Shown here piece by piece: positions 43,128 to 56,932 of a stretch of DNA of 64,000 nucleotides. Numbering within the stretch: the first letter of the stretch is position 1; every line of letters starts with the position of its first letter. This DNA is from Amoebidium appalachense. Its lineage: Eukaryota > Protista > Ichthyosporea. The DNA is taken from positions 5,462,245-5,526,244 of the forward strand of contig CAVNZM010000009.1 of assembly GCA_963693365.1 (NCBI GenBank), read 5' to 3'. Below the pieces are notes generated by a model. The model did not search any database. It was not told the origin of the DNA and saw nothing but the letters and a program-made list of their open reading frames with translations. The translations under genes and the position numbers were made by a program.

Positions 43128-44899
43128 CTGTGCACGCAATCGTGTGTGTGTGCGCCCGCGTGCGTGTATGTGTGTGCGCGCGTGCGCGCGCGCGTATGCA
43201 TGCGCATGTGCTGTATGTGTGCGCTCTCGCGTTGTGTGCGTGTATGTGCGCGCGCGTGTGCCTGATGGTGTGTGTGTGTGTGCCTAACTGTCTGTGTGTG
43301 TGGTGCCTGATGATGAAGATGTTTGTGTGTGTGTACGTGTGTGCGTGCGTGTGTGTGCCTATCTGTGTGTGCCTGGGGATTGTGTGTGTGTGTGCGCGCG
43401 CCTGTCTGTCTCTCTCTATGTGTGTGCCTGTGTGTGTGTGTGTGTGTGTGTTGTGAGTGTCTGTGTGTGTGTGTGTAAGTGTGCCTGTCTGTGTGTGTGT
43501 GTGTGCCTGTTTGTGTGTGTGAGTTTGTGTGTGTGTGTGTGTGTGCCCCCCCCCCTCTCTGTGTGTGTGCTTGTGTGTGTGCCTCTCTCTGTGTGTGTGT
43601 GGTTCACCTGTGTACCCGTCAGTGCCTCGAGCTCTGCCAGCACGTCCGCCTCGTCCTGAGCCGTCAGCTGTCCACTCAGTGCCTCGGATATTTGCTGCAG
43701 CCCACACAGTCAGACCACCCCTCATAGCCACCCCACCCTTCCACCCCCCAGCCACCCCACCCCTCCATCCCGGCCACCCCACCCCTCCACCCCCCAGCCA
43801 CCCCACCCCTCCACCCCCCAGCCACCCCACCCCTCCACCCCCAGGCCACCCAGTAGGCAGCAGAAACAAAAGCGCGCACAAAGTGCCAACCCCACTCCCC
43901 CCCCCCCCTCCCCCTCCTCTCCTACCTCCGCCCCCTTACCCTTTTCATTTACCTATTCTGCTCAATCCCCTACGCTCACACACTCACGGCTGTAGGCTTC
44001 GCATGGAAGGGGAGGGGCTAGGGGGAAGTGACTGAAGCCACGGCATTCAGAATCAAGAAAAGCGAAACATGGACAAGAGGAAAACAGGAAGAGATGTGGC
44101 AAAAGAAAGGAAAGGACAGGGGGGAGAGTGGTGTATGTATGTGTGTGTTTGAGGGGAGGGGAGGAGAGAGGGGGGATAAGAAGAGAACAGGGCAGGTTCT
44201 GAAGGGGGCAGGACAAGGGCTGCATAGCAGGGAGGGAAGCGTACGTTCTGGTAGGCTATGGCCTCTGCGTTGTCCTCCATCAGCCGCTCCACGTCCTCTA
44301 TGGGCATCTCCTTGTTCAGGGCCTCCAGCACGTCCTTGCCCTGCTTGAGCCGTGCAAACACCTCCTTCTGCATGGCTGCAAACTCCACAGAGTTGACCTG
44401 CAGAAACCACGTTCAGCAACCCCCCCACCCCCCTCCCCCCCCCGGTGCACGCACCAGCTCATCCAGGTTTGCATATTGGGCCTCGGCCTGGGTCAGAAGG
44501 CCCTCCTGGTAGCGTTTCTTTTTGAGAAGCAGCAGCGCCTTGTTCTTGTTGCCCGCCGCCAGCGCCTGCCGTGCCAGCTCCTTCTCGCGCTCAATGTTGC
44601 CCTCCAGCTGCAGCCCCACTGTCAGTGATTCACCCTGCACCCTACACCCACTGCCTCCAAGCACATACGTGCACGCCCAAACCCACGCACACACCCACAA
44701 GCACACAAGCACACGCCCCCAAACCCCTGCACAGAGCGGGCTGCACCTGCATCCGGTATTTGTGCAGCTTGTCGCGCTGGTTCTTCAGGTCCAGCGTGGC
44801 GCGCTCCTGGTCTGTCACCTCCTTCTTGGGCGCCGGCTTCTTGCCTGCCGGCGCCCCCGGCGGGGCCTGTTTCTTCTCCTTTCCAAATATCCCTCCCAT
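42226..44899 (-). CDS. VPS20: ESCRT-III subunit Vps20/CHMP6, ~7 exons
   Basis: MG myristoylation-type start. Motifs: [74 protein letters not shown], and a MIM2-like [10 protein letters not shown]. Confidence 0.93.
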
Positions 44900-45015
44900 G
44901 CTGCTATAGTAGCTGCGTGCACCTTAATCTCTGTGCCTGTGTGCCTTGCTGCGGCCAAGCTCCTCCCAAGCCCTCCTACAGTCAGTAATCTCCCGCTGTC
45001 CCCCAGCAGAAAACT

Positions 45016-45381
45016 GAGCCGCTTCGCGTGGATCTAGATATCTAAATACTCGGCAAATTTAGAGAACCAATGCCGTTCTCTAAATATCTAAAAGTCTGCT
45101 CAATTCGTGTAGAGCAGTTTAGAAATTAAGATATCTAGATCGTTAATCGCAATTCTATTGGATAAGAGATATTTAGGCTAGGTCCAAGGACCAATCGTCT
45201 CATCCCAGACATCTAGAAGACCCTCCCCCCTCTTCCAGATGCGCCCATCTGAAAGAGGGTCGAAATCAATCTGGATTTTATGCAAACTTTACAAATGTAA
45301 CAGATTAATTGGATGCAGAGGTTTTATACGTAAATTTAACAAAATAGATATTAAGATACCTAGATCAACGCGAAGCGGCTC
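45016..45381. mobile_element. MITE with ~33-bp TIRs and ACT target duplication
   Basis: Left end GAGCCGCTTCGCGTGGATCTAGATATCTAAATA; right end reverse-complements to GAGCCGCTTCGCGTTGATCTAGGTATCTTAATA. ACT flanks both sides. Confidence 0.88.
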
Positions 45382-46175
45382 ACTAAAAAACTTCGACGCG
45401 CCATCAGCCCCAGATCGGCCAATAAATGGCGTGCCATCTGGGCCGCATGACGTCACAGTTACGTGATCGCGGCCAAGAGCCTCTGCAAGAAGATAGCCAC
45501 AGCACACTTGTATGGCGGCCACACAGACAAAAAAGAAGCTACTGCCCTGCGTGGACTGATGATAAATGATGTGCGTGTCATTCTCTTATAAATGCTACTG
45601 CACGGGCCAGAATTATTGTTACCAATGCGTAGCGCAGCGTGGCCACATCAGTGTACCATCGAAGGCTGGTCTTGGTGTAGGGGGATAATAACATCTACCT
45701 CAAACTTGCAGACGGGGTTTGAAGAACATTTAGCTCACAAATAGATCGATTTGTTTGCTGCGTACAATAATATATAGCTTCTACAGCACATAGATGTCTA
45801 TTGTTATCATTTAATAAATGTGTAGATAAAAGCTTTTTTTAGGACTAGAAAATAGCCTAATGTGTTTCCAATACACGCCAAGAACATATACAATAGCCAA
45901 ATTTAGGGGGTATCAAATGAGATGAGGAGACCTGCAGGTGCCAGTGGCCAATCATGTGGCTTGGCACTAATGAAAAGAATGCGGCTGGGCTGAGCGCGGC
46001 AAAACGAGTTGGCTTGGCGTTGGCCAGTGATACAGGCGCCACAGACAGATGACAGACACAAGGTGCATGTTTTGTACACATTCACGGTGACGCATGCGGA
46101 TAAAGAGAGGGTGAAACACAGAGAGAAGACACATATACTCTTAAACCGCCAGTAGGCCCACACACGCACGCACAT

Positions 46176-49100
46176 ATGGGCGCCGGCGCTGAGGGCGAGA
46201 GCGGCCTTGGGCTGCGGCAGGTCGAGAGCATCTGCCGCTGGGAGGGCTGCACGGAGCGCTTCAGCAGCCCGGCGGCACTTCACAAGCACGTCATAGACGG
46301 CCACATCGGCAGCGCAAAGGATGGCGGCACGGTCTGCCTCTACTGCAAGTGGGTGGCCCCAGGTGTCACATGCGTGCGTGCTGCCTGTGCCGTGCTGTCC
46401 TTCGTGCACGTGTGCCGCTCAAAATACTGCACCTCCGCCTCTCCACATCCGTGTGTGCCTGCGGACAACCACCCGACACACACACACCACCTTGCATGGG
46501 ACGCACACACAAGCACACACGCGCGTGCTCACCGTGTCACAGATCTCTTCCTTCTTTTTTTGTCATGCTAACCATAGGCGGGCTGGCAGGAGAGTGTGTG
46601 CGCTGCCGTTCCTCGGTGTGTGCGTCTGTGTACACGTGTGGCTTTCTCGCTGTGTTCAAGTGTCTGTGCTGCATAGCCTTGGTGGTGTGTTAGCAACGCT
46701 TTTTTTAGAGTCGCTCTGTATTTTTTTGGCTGTGTGCCTTCGGGTTTGCGGGTCCGTTTGTGCTTAAGCCATGACTACTGCTTTTTGTTGCCCATTTTTA
46801 CTGATTTGGCATTCTCAGTTGAGTGCGTGCTCGTGGTCCTGGTGTCCGCCTTTAGGCATAGGTTTGCACAGTTTTGTCTGGACTATTGTTGTGTACGTGC
46901 TACAGCGTGCTTGTGGTCCGAATGCTTGGTACCCGTGTCTAGCAAAATGAATTTTTTTCCTGTTTGGAATGCTGCATGCACCGAGTACTTGTGCGTGTGC
47001 CTGGGAAGGTTCGTCTCTGCAAAGCATTTTCTTCTGTGCTAAACCCTTTGTGTGTTCAGTGTTTCTGTCTTTTGCTGTGAGTGCACGTGTGTGTGTGCTA
47101 CCGTGCCTGCGTCTTGCAATCACAGCCCCGTGCCCTGCAATGGTGTTGCAGTGCGCACTGCCACTGTGTGCCTGCCAGGTGTGCCGGCCTTGTTGGGTGG
47201 CTGGCTGTGGGCCCCCTGGCGGCCCTTCTACACTCGAGTGTGTGCACGTGCTTGTTTGCTGCTGGGTGGTGGCTGGGCGGCAGCTGTGGGGTGCAGGCAG
47301 GGCACTGACAGGCAGGGCAGGTGGCAGGACTGCAGGGACGCACAGGCCAGCAAGCGGTTCCACCGGCGCTACTCTATCGTGTCGCACATGCTGGTGCATG
47401 TGCCCCTGTTCCAGTTCTGCTGCAAGGAGTGTGGCCGCGACTTCAAGCGGCGGCCCGACCTCAACAAGCACATACCGCTGTGCAGAAAGCTCAACCAGGA
47501 CGAGGCCGGGGAGGTGCTCTACTGGTCCAAGCACGAGGTCCGTGCCCGTGTGCCTGTGTGTCTGCATGTGCCTGTGAAGCCTGTGTGCCTGCAGATGCCT
47601 GTGTGCCTGTGTGCGTGTGTTGCTGTGTGCTTGTGTGCTTGTCTGAGAGACCTTGCCGGCACCCTGCCCAAACCTATTTTGAATACACAAAGCATAGCAA
47701 TGGTGGTCGATAAGCTACAAAGCCGCTAGTTGTTACGGCAGTCGTAACCCAAAACATGCTCAGTTAATATGTGGATGACAAAGACATGTCTGCTGCTCTG
47801 GGCCTTGCAGACAAACCCTGTGCCTGGCTGCCTATGGGTGCATGTTCATGCCCATATGTTGTGTCTTGACGTGCATGGCTGGCTGTGTGCTGACTTTTGC
47901 AGCAGGTAGCCGAGTGGCTGCGCAGTCTGGGCATACGGGACCTGGGGGCCCTGCCCGAGCAGTTCATGGACCACGACATAGATGGCCGCCTGCTGCTGAC
48001 AAAGGTGCTCACACAGAAAGGGAGGGGGGGGGGGGGGGGGGATGGCGCTCACAAGTTGTTTGCTGCAGGTCACGCACAGCTTTCTCAAGAACCAGCTGGG
48101 GATGGCGTCCTCTGGTGTGCGTGAGGCCGTGCTCAATGCGCTGGACGACCTGAGGCGCAGCCAGAAGGCCCTGGCCATGCAGCCCCAATACCCCGACCGC
48201 TCGCCCTCGCAGGTCCACAGCCCCACGGCCCGCCCCCCAGAAGCCCCCGGGGCCAAGCACTCACGGGCTGGTCCGCAGGCCTCCACCGTGTCCGTGCCCA
48301 ACTACAACCGTGTGTCCCCGCGCAGCGAGCCCATGCTGTCCCCCCCTACGCCCTGGACTTTGCCCTGGCCAGCCCCCTGGGCCAGCCCCTGGCCATGCCC
48401 CCGCAGGCCAACCTGGCGCCACTGGGCCCCGGGCTCACGGTGGACAACCACATGGGCCTGGGGCTGGGCCTGGGCCCCCACACGCAGTCCCCACTGCTGG
48501 ACGTGCTGGGCAGCGATTTTCTGGACAGCGAGCCGGCCCTGGCCGACCTGGGCAGCCTGCCGGGCCTGCTGGGCACATCGGCCCAGGGCTGGGCAGCCCC
48601 CAGCCAGCAGGGGGGGCTGGGCGTGGAGGGCTTGGTGGATGCATCGCTGCAGCGGCTCAGCACCAAGCGGCTGGCCGAGCACTTCCTGCACGACCTGACG
48701 GCCGTCGAGACCCAGCAGGCGCGGGCCTGGGACCCGGCCGACCTGACCAGCGTGCTGGGGGACTACAGCCAGGCCGAGCTGGATGCGCTCAGCAGCAGCA
48801 TGGTCAGCCTGCTGACGGGCATCCAGAGCGAGATCCAGCGCAAGCGCAGCCGGCCCACCTACCACCCCTACAAGCGGGGATCCAGCCACTCGACCAGCAG
48901 TGCCGGCAGCAGCCACCTTGGCCTGGACCCCATGGCCCAGCCCATGTCCGACCTGCACCAGCGCCCCCGCCAGCAGCACATGGTGCAGGCCCCACCCATG
49001 GCCCCTGCGGGCCAGGCAGGGAGCCTGGGGGCGCAGGACGACTTCACGCTGCACTACGAGGCCTACCTGCTGCGCACGGGCCAGCAGCCCCGCAACTGGC

Positions 49101-49910
49101 CCCAGCAGCCCCGCCCCCAGATGCCCCCCATGCCCCCCCCGGGCTACCCCTTCCCCGGGGTCGAGGCCGGTGCCCCGCACTACGGCATGGCCCACCGCTC
49201 CCTGCCGGCTACCCCCACCCAGGACACCCAGCCCCCCCTGCCTGCAACCACAGAGCCCACAAACCCAGCCCCTAGCCCGCCGGCCAGCTCAGCCGACGAG
49301 GGCGGGCAGGCAAAGGGCGCGGAGCTCAACCCGCCCACACCGAGCACCATGGCGGGGGTGTACGATGCATTTGGCCACGTGCCCACCGGCAAGGCCAGCC
49401 ACTGGGACCCAAGTGCCGTGCAGGTCTTTGTGGCTGCACCAGACACACGGGCCGACGAGCAGACCTTCCAGGCCATTCTGGAGCCCCCACCCCTACGGGC
49501 ATCAGTGCACATGCGCACCCCCGCCATGCCACAGCCAGAGGATGACGTCCCTGACACCGTGCAGGAGACAAGGCAAGACACCAGCCAATCACAGGAGGAG
49601 GTGGCTAGGCCACATGCAAAGGACGAAGGTGAATGCCCATTCTTGTATTCTTGGTTCTTCTTTTTTTTTTTTTTTTTTTTTTTTCCCCTCCCCGGGGGGG
49701 GGGGGGGGGAAGCACATACTGACGGTGTGCTTTGCAGACGAGACTTTGGGGCTGTGCACAGACATGCAGCAGCTGCAGCTGGACGGGGAGACTGACGGGG
49801 AGCTGGCCGTGCTGTGCAAACAGTACCTGCTGGTTGAGCGCCTGGCCCTGGCCCTGGCCTACTTTGGCGACTGCAGGGCGCCCACCAATCAGCAGCAAGT
49901 TCCCACGTAG
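46176..49910 (+). CDS. PacC/Rim101-like triple zinc-finger protein with a SAM domain and a low-complexity C-terminus
   Basis: Exons ~46176-46348, 47321-47537, 47906-48004, 48069-49629, 49738-49910. Fingers: ICRWEGC..HVIDGH, YCKWQDC..IVSHMLVHVPL, CKECGRDFKRRPDLNKHIPLC. SAM: WSKHEVAEWL..F.DHDIDGRLLL..LKNQLGM..G.R..VL.AL..L. One apparent 1-nt frameshift in the C-run at 48340-48346. Confidence 0.85.
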
Positions 49911-50206
49911 ACAGCCACACAGCACGTGCACATGCACCACACAGCCACACACACAGTCAGAATTAGCCATAGCACATTTAAAGCTCAACCAGTCGTGTGT
50001 GCAAACCCATGCAGTGCACACACTGTAGTCTTATTGTGCATTAGATTGTAGCTGGAGCTATATCCTTACATGGTTGTAAGTAGACACACAGACTTGTTTC
50101 TTGGTTTGTTTAATCGTCTATCTTGTTCCCTTGTTTTTTGTTTTTTCATTTTTGCCTTTTTTTCTCACGCTTTTGTGTTTGTGTTTTTGGTGTGTGTTTG
50201 GGGAGT

Positions 50207-50254
<48 letters not shown>

Positions 50255-51859
50255 AATAGCGTGTCTTGAATCGGTAGGCAGCTTGTGAGCAAGTGAACAG
50301 GGTTGACTGGCCGCTGCTACTTTTGTTGTTTTTATTTAATTATTTTTATCTATTTTTTTATTTTTTTTGTGAACCATAACCCACTTAATGGGCTTGTTGC
50401 TGTGGTTACTATTTATGGATAGTGGGCCTGGCCCCGATGTTTCATGGTTTTGTCTTTGGATGATATGCACAGCCAATCAAGTGGTGGGCAGCCAGCGCCC
50501 TGTTTGTGCGTATACCAGCTGATAAACAATGTGGCGGTGCAATAGCCAACAGAGCCAAATGCACACTGTGTGCACAACCAACAGGGGTGCCCACAAGGCC
50601 GATGTGCAATAGTGTGCACGTGTGGTTTGCCTGTCAGGCGCACTGGGTGCATGTCTGCACACTGCACGGCACCTGCCAGCACAACCAGGAGAGGACCACG
50701 TTGCAAACAGTGAGGGCATGGGCACGTCGAGCTATGTTCGACTGTGTAGGAGCAAGCACGTGCACATGGATGGCCATCATGTGCTTCATCAGGCCCCGCT
50801 AGGCCTGCCACCCATGTGCACGTCACAAGGCTTGCTCATACAAAGGACGCACATGCATGTACGGGGCCTCACTAGGGCCATGTGGTGCCGCAAGTGCTCA
50901 TGCTCAGCCTCAACATGCGCATGGTCACATCACCGCATGCACTGGCCACCCAGCCAGCATGATGGCATGGCCACTACTTTGGCTCGGTGCCAAATTGATC
51001 CACAATTTCAATTGCTCGCTGACGGTTTGTAGCCCGAGTGAAGGCCACAGCATACACTTGCATCTTTACAAGTTGCGGGATTTTTAGCTGCCTATTTTAG
51101 CAGTTGTCACCAAGAGCGCTTGCCTTTTCCGGTCCGGCAAAGCACATTCATGACATAGGTTTTTTTGATTGGCACATTGATCAAACCGCAAAACATCTGA
51201 TTGGGCTGACCGTCACAGAGTTGCACAGGCTGTGCCACTTTTGATCGCCACCCATGACAGCCTGTCAGCGTCATCATATTGTTTTTCTCCTGACAGGTTA
51301 CATATATTTTGCATATCCCCGGGGATATGTTTGCACAGATATGCATATATTTGCATATATTTACTCTTGGTTGCATGTACTATAATTATTTGCATATATT
51401 TGCATATATTTGCATATATTTGTGTTGCGGGTGACCCCTCCAAGGATATAGCTACACCATGCTGCCAGCATGTGCGTCAGCATGCCGCCAGGCCTACCCT
51501 ATATATACGGGCAATGAATAATTGGGTTTGCGTATGGATTTCTATGGTGTTGTCGCTTTTTTTTATAATTTTTTTTGAAATTACAATTCAAAGGGGTTCG
51601 GGAGCTAAGTGCCAGCCAATCACATACATTGACCCGCCTTAGGCTTGTCGAGTTAACGTTGCCACCCCCCCTCCCCCCCATCGCCACACATACACACTCC
51701 ACCACACTCTATGCACCCACTTCAAGTGCGTGTACATGCCACCTTCTTCTCCGTCCAATCACATCAGCAAGCATGCAGCCAATCGGTCGGCATGCCATTG
51801 GAGAGATGGTGTGTTGCTTTATTGCATGTCTTGCAGGTGCCCCTCCTTGCCCGGGGTGT

Positions 51860-52044
51860 TCATGCGTTGATGCTGCGCAGGCACTCGACCAGCCACACGT
51901 AGAAGGGCTCAACACTGGCCACCAACAGCCTGCCTGCCTGTCAGCCCCCCCACATCATCCCCGCCACAGCAGGTGCCCACCCACCTCTCGTCGGGGCTGT
52001 GTGCACCCTGGGAGATCAGGGGTCAGCAGCCCACACACGGACAT

Positions 52045-52078
<34 letters not shown>

Positions 52079-52515
52079 GAGCAGAGTGCCGAGCATGGCA
52101 TGTACTGTGTGCATGCAGATACTGTGTCCATGCAGGCACCGTGTGCATGCAGGTACCGTGTGCATGCAGGTACCGTGTGCATGCATGTACCGTGTGCATG
52201 CAGGTACCGTGTGCATGCAGGCACTGTGTGCATGCACCTGCACGTCGGGGCCAAAGCTGACACAGTCCATGTCTGGGTAGCGCTCCTGGATGATGCCTGC
52301 CTGTGACGTCAGACCCCCCTAGCGCCGACAGCCCCCCAAGGCATGGACTTACCGCACTCCAGGCCAGCATGCACCCCCATGACCGTGGGCTCCCGGCCAA
52401 ACAGCTTGATGTGCGCCGCCTGCACACACCCTGTCAGCAACAAATGTGCTTTATCCGCCCACCCACACTAAGACCCCAGAGGCTTCACCCAACCCACCAG
52501 CACTCCTGAGGTAAG

Positions 52516-52550
<35 letters not shown>

Positions 52551-55500
52551 AGCCTCACCTTGCACACGGCCAGTGTCCTTGATTCCATGTTTGGGTTCCT
52601 GCTCACAACCGTAAGCATCTCCCCCCCCCCCTTTTTTTCCCCTCCTCCAATGCCACCCACCAGCCCGGGAATGCATTGAGGTCTGGGCTGATTCGGGCAC
52701 CTGCAACCTCGTGGTGTCAGTCCGTCCGTTGCCATTAGCACAAACACATGTGCAGGCCCAGGCATACATCATACACTTACAGGCACAGCCACACATTACA
52801 AACAGGCACAGCCACATATCATACACACAGGGACAGGCACAGGCACACATGTATACCTGCCTACAGCGAGTACAAACACGCAAAGAAAAAGGGCAGGCAT
52901 AGGCACAGGACACGTACAAGCACATGCACACATAAACAGCACATGCGCACATAAAAAGCACATGCACACATACAGGCAAAGGCACACATACAGGCACACG
53001 TACAGGCACACGTACAGGCACAGGCAAACGTACAGGCCCACACGTACAGGCACAGGCACACGTATAGGCCCACACGTACCTGCCAGACGGGCCAGGCTCT
53101 CCAGCTCACGGCCGTATGCTCGCATCTGGCTGTCTGAAGAAGGGAGAAAGTCAGCAGCAGCCCCCCCCCCCCCCCCCCCCCCCCCCCCCGCCAGGCCCCC
53201 CTCAGGGTCCCATTTGCAGCCTGTGTCTTCACCGCAGCACTGCTACAGATGTGGGCCGAGGCTCTAACACTGGCTGACCAATGAGCTCCAAGCAGTCACA
53301 ACCATATATGGCTCATACATGTATGACACTAGGCCGATGCATGTGTGATTTCTGAACGCTTTAGAAAAGACACTGTGGCATTGCGGTGGCACACAGTGGG
53401 AGGCCAGGGGTTGCCGTCCAACACCCATTGAAGGCATGCACCACTGCCAGCCCCCACACCCCACACGGCCTACCCACGCTGGAGCGGCCAAACACGTGGC
53501 CGTAGAAGTGGTCGGGCTGCAGCGCCGCCAGAGTGAAGGCCACAGAAGTCTCGGTCAGCCCCGGCACGGCCTGGCTCATCCTGCAGGCACATGCCCATCA
53601 GTGCACCCATATATGGGCATAGTGCGCCCATATATGGGCATAGTGCACCACACATGGCCATAAATCACCCGTATATGGGCATAGTGCACCCGCACGTGGC
53701 TATAAATTGTCCACCATACATATAAGGTCATAGCGGGTCCGCATATGAGCATAGTGGGTCCATACATAATAATCAAAGTCGATATATGGGCATAAGTGAT
53801 ATATGTGGGCCTAGTGGGTCCATATATGGGCATAATTGATATAGTGTGGGCCTGGTGGGTCCATATATGGGCATAATTGATATATGTGGGCCTAGTGGGT
53901 CCATATACGGGCATAATGGTGTATATGTGGGCCTAGTGGGTCCATATATGGGCATAATGCTGTATATGTGGGCCTAGTGGGTCCATATATGGGCATAATT
54001 GATATAGTGTGGGCCTAGTGGGTCCATATACGGGCATAATTGATATAGTGGGCCTAGTGGGTCCATATATGGGCATAATTGATATGTGGGCCTAATGGGT
54101 CCATATATGGGCATAATTGATATATGTGGGCCTAGTGGGTCCATATATGGGCATAATTGATATATGTGGGCCTAGTGGGTCCATATATGGGCATAATGGT
54201 GTATATGTGTGCCTAGTGGGTCCATATACGGGCATAATTGATATATGTGGGCCTAGTGGGTCCATATATGGGCATAATTGATATACGTGGGCCTAGTGGG
54301 TCCATATATGGGCATAAGTGATATATGTGGGCCTAGTGGGTCCATATATGGGCATAATTGATATATGTGGGCCTAGTGGGTCCATATATGGGCATAATTG
54401 ATATATGTGGGCCTAGTGGGTCCATATATGGGCATAATTGATATATGTGGGCCTAGTGGGTCCATATATGGGCATAATGGTGTATATGTGGGCCTAGTGG
54501 GTCCACATATGGGCATAATGGTGTATATGTGGGCCTAGTGGGTCCATATATGGGCATAATTGATATATGTTGGCCTAGTGGGTCCATATATGGGCATAAT
54601 GGTGTATGTGTGGGCCTAGTGGGTCCATATATGGGCGTAGTGATCTATACATGGGCCTGCACGAACGTGCTGGCCAAGGAGGGGCATGACCGCCCAAGCA
54701 TGTGGCTTGGTGCATGGCAAGGACTGCTACCTGATTGGTCCGTGGGGAATCACGTGCAGCAGGTCAAACACCTGTGGCCCTGTCAGACATCGATATCTCC
54801 CCCCATCCCCCCCCCCCCCCCCCCCCCCCCCCCCCACCTGTGAGCTGCTGTGCTGGGTCAGCACACGGCCAGGCAGGGCTGTGGGGGCCACGGTCAGGGT
54901 TGTGTCTGTGTCGCTGTGCCGGTGGTCTGTCTGCAGCCGCCCCATCTCCCTCCTCAGCACGCCCTCCAGCTCACCGGCCTGCCCTGCTGCCACCACCAGC
55001 TGCCGCCATGTCAGACCCCCCCCCCCCCCCCCCCCCGGGGGCCTAGCCGCCACCCAGCACCCACCGTGGCCGTGCATTCCCGCGGGATTGCGTTGACTGC
55101 CGTGCCTGTGCCCCCCTCAATGTCAGCCCCCCCCCCCCCCCCCAAAAAAAAAAAAAAACACACACACACATACACACACACAGGGTGGGGCACGTGCCGG
55201 CCTTCAGTGCAGCCAGCCTTGGGCTGCACGGTCTTGCAGCCGCCAGCATGCCAGCCAGCCACTTGATGGCGTTGCCATGGCACCTATGGATGTCCCCCCC
55301 ACTGTGGCCCCCCACCAGCCCGGCCACGTGCACGGCCAGTGCCATCTGGCCCTCCCCTGCCTCCTCCCACTCCACATCCAGCTCGACACGCTTCCCCTGT
55401 ACCGTCAGCAAACCCCACCCCACCCACCCCCCCCAGCCAGCAGCCCACGCACCCGCTCGAATCCACCAGCACAGCCCACACAGATGGTGTGCCTGCCCAC

Positions 55501-56901
55501 CCAGCAGTCAGACACACTGCCTGCATCCCACCCCCCCCACCCCCCCCCCCCCCCCCCCCCCCAGTGCCTACGCATCCTCGTTGTCCACATTGAACAGCAG
55601 TCGGGCCTGCAGGAAGGGCGGCCCGGCCAGCTGCAGTGCCCCACACCTACCACCCCACCCCCCTCAGCCCTCAGCCCCTGCCAGAGCCCCCGGGCCAGGC
55701 ACCCACATGTCTGTCTCCTACACCCCCACATGTCAGCAACCCCCCCCCCCCCCTCCCCCTTTATGCGCAAGCATGGGCCCACCTCCTCCACGGTGAACAG
55801 CAGCTCCAGTGGCGGCAGGGGGTCGGTCTCCTCCAGCAGTGCCAGGCAGGCCGCAACCCCTGCAGCCTGTCAGCACCCACACCCATGACACCCAGACAGG
55901 CAGGCAGGCAGGCACCTATGCCGTCGTCAGCACCCAGGGTGGTACGACGCGCCTTCAGCCACTGCGCCCACCTCAGCAGTCAGCAGGCAACCACTAGCAG
56001 AGGGGGGGGGGGGCACACCTCTCCGTCCAGGTATGCGTCTATGGGGTCTGTTCCAAAGTTGTGGCTGCTGCCTTCGTTCTGGGACGCCACCATCTTCACA
56101 GCAACCTCTCAGTACCGTAAACCCCCCCCCCCCCCCCCAAAAAAAAAAAAAAAAAGAAAAAAGCAGGCAGGCACGTACGTCCATATGGCACTGCACACAC
56201 ACCACCGGGGCCTTCTCATAGCCCGGCCCAGCCGGCCTGCAGCAGACCCAGTCAGCAGCCGGCACACTCACCCTATACCATCACCCTACACCCTCACGTG
56301 GCCCTGTCCACACCACTATGCCACACAACTAGCGCATCACCTCTATGCCACATCCACCTCCTACCTACTATGTAATCAACCTCCTAATCACCATGCCAAC
56401 CCCGAACCTGCTAGCCCCCGTGCCAATCAACAACTTCCGAAGGTCAGTGCCATCCACCTAGATCATTATGCCACCTACAGCCACATCACCATGTCACTCA
56501 CCTTATCACTATCCCACCCACCACCTTATTATTTTTTCAACCGCCACCTTAATACTTTTTCACCCGCCACCTTATCACTATGCCACCGACCTCCTGATGA
56601 CTATGGCAACCACTTAAACACTATGCAACCAACCTTCTAAGTCACCGTGTAAACATCTTATAACACAAACACCCAACTAAACACCATTTCGCCCATCTAG
56701 CCCCTATGCCACCCACCTCCTACTCCCCCTGCCACCCACCTCCTAATCACCACGTTGCCGATGGCATCCTGTTCGGCTTTCAAGCCCAGCTGCTGGGCCA
56801 CGTCCTTGAGCCGTTGGGCCTGTGGTTGCCGTCAGTGCCTGCCGACTGCACGGCTGTGTGCGTGCGTGCGTGTGTGCGTGCGTGCGTGCGTGCGTGCGTG
56901 T

Positions 56902-56932
<31 letters not shown>

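Noticed and set aside
48302-49195. 297-aa minus-strand ORF
   Set aside because: It is the antisense shadow of the GC-rich zinc-finger/SAM exon.
53600-54655. CRISPR-like regular array
   Set aside because: The units are contiguous with no unique spacers, they lie in a eukaryotic intron, and no cas genes are present.
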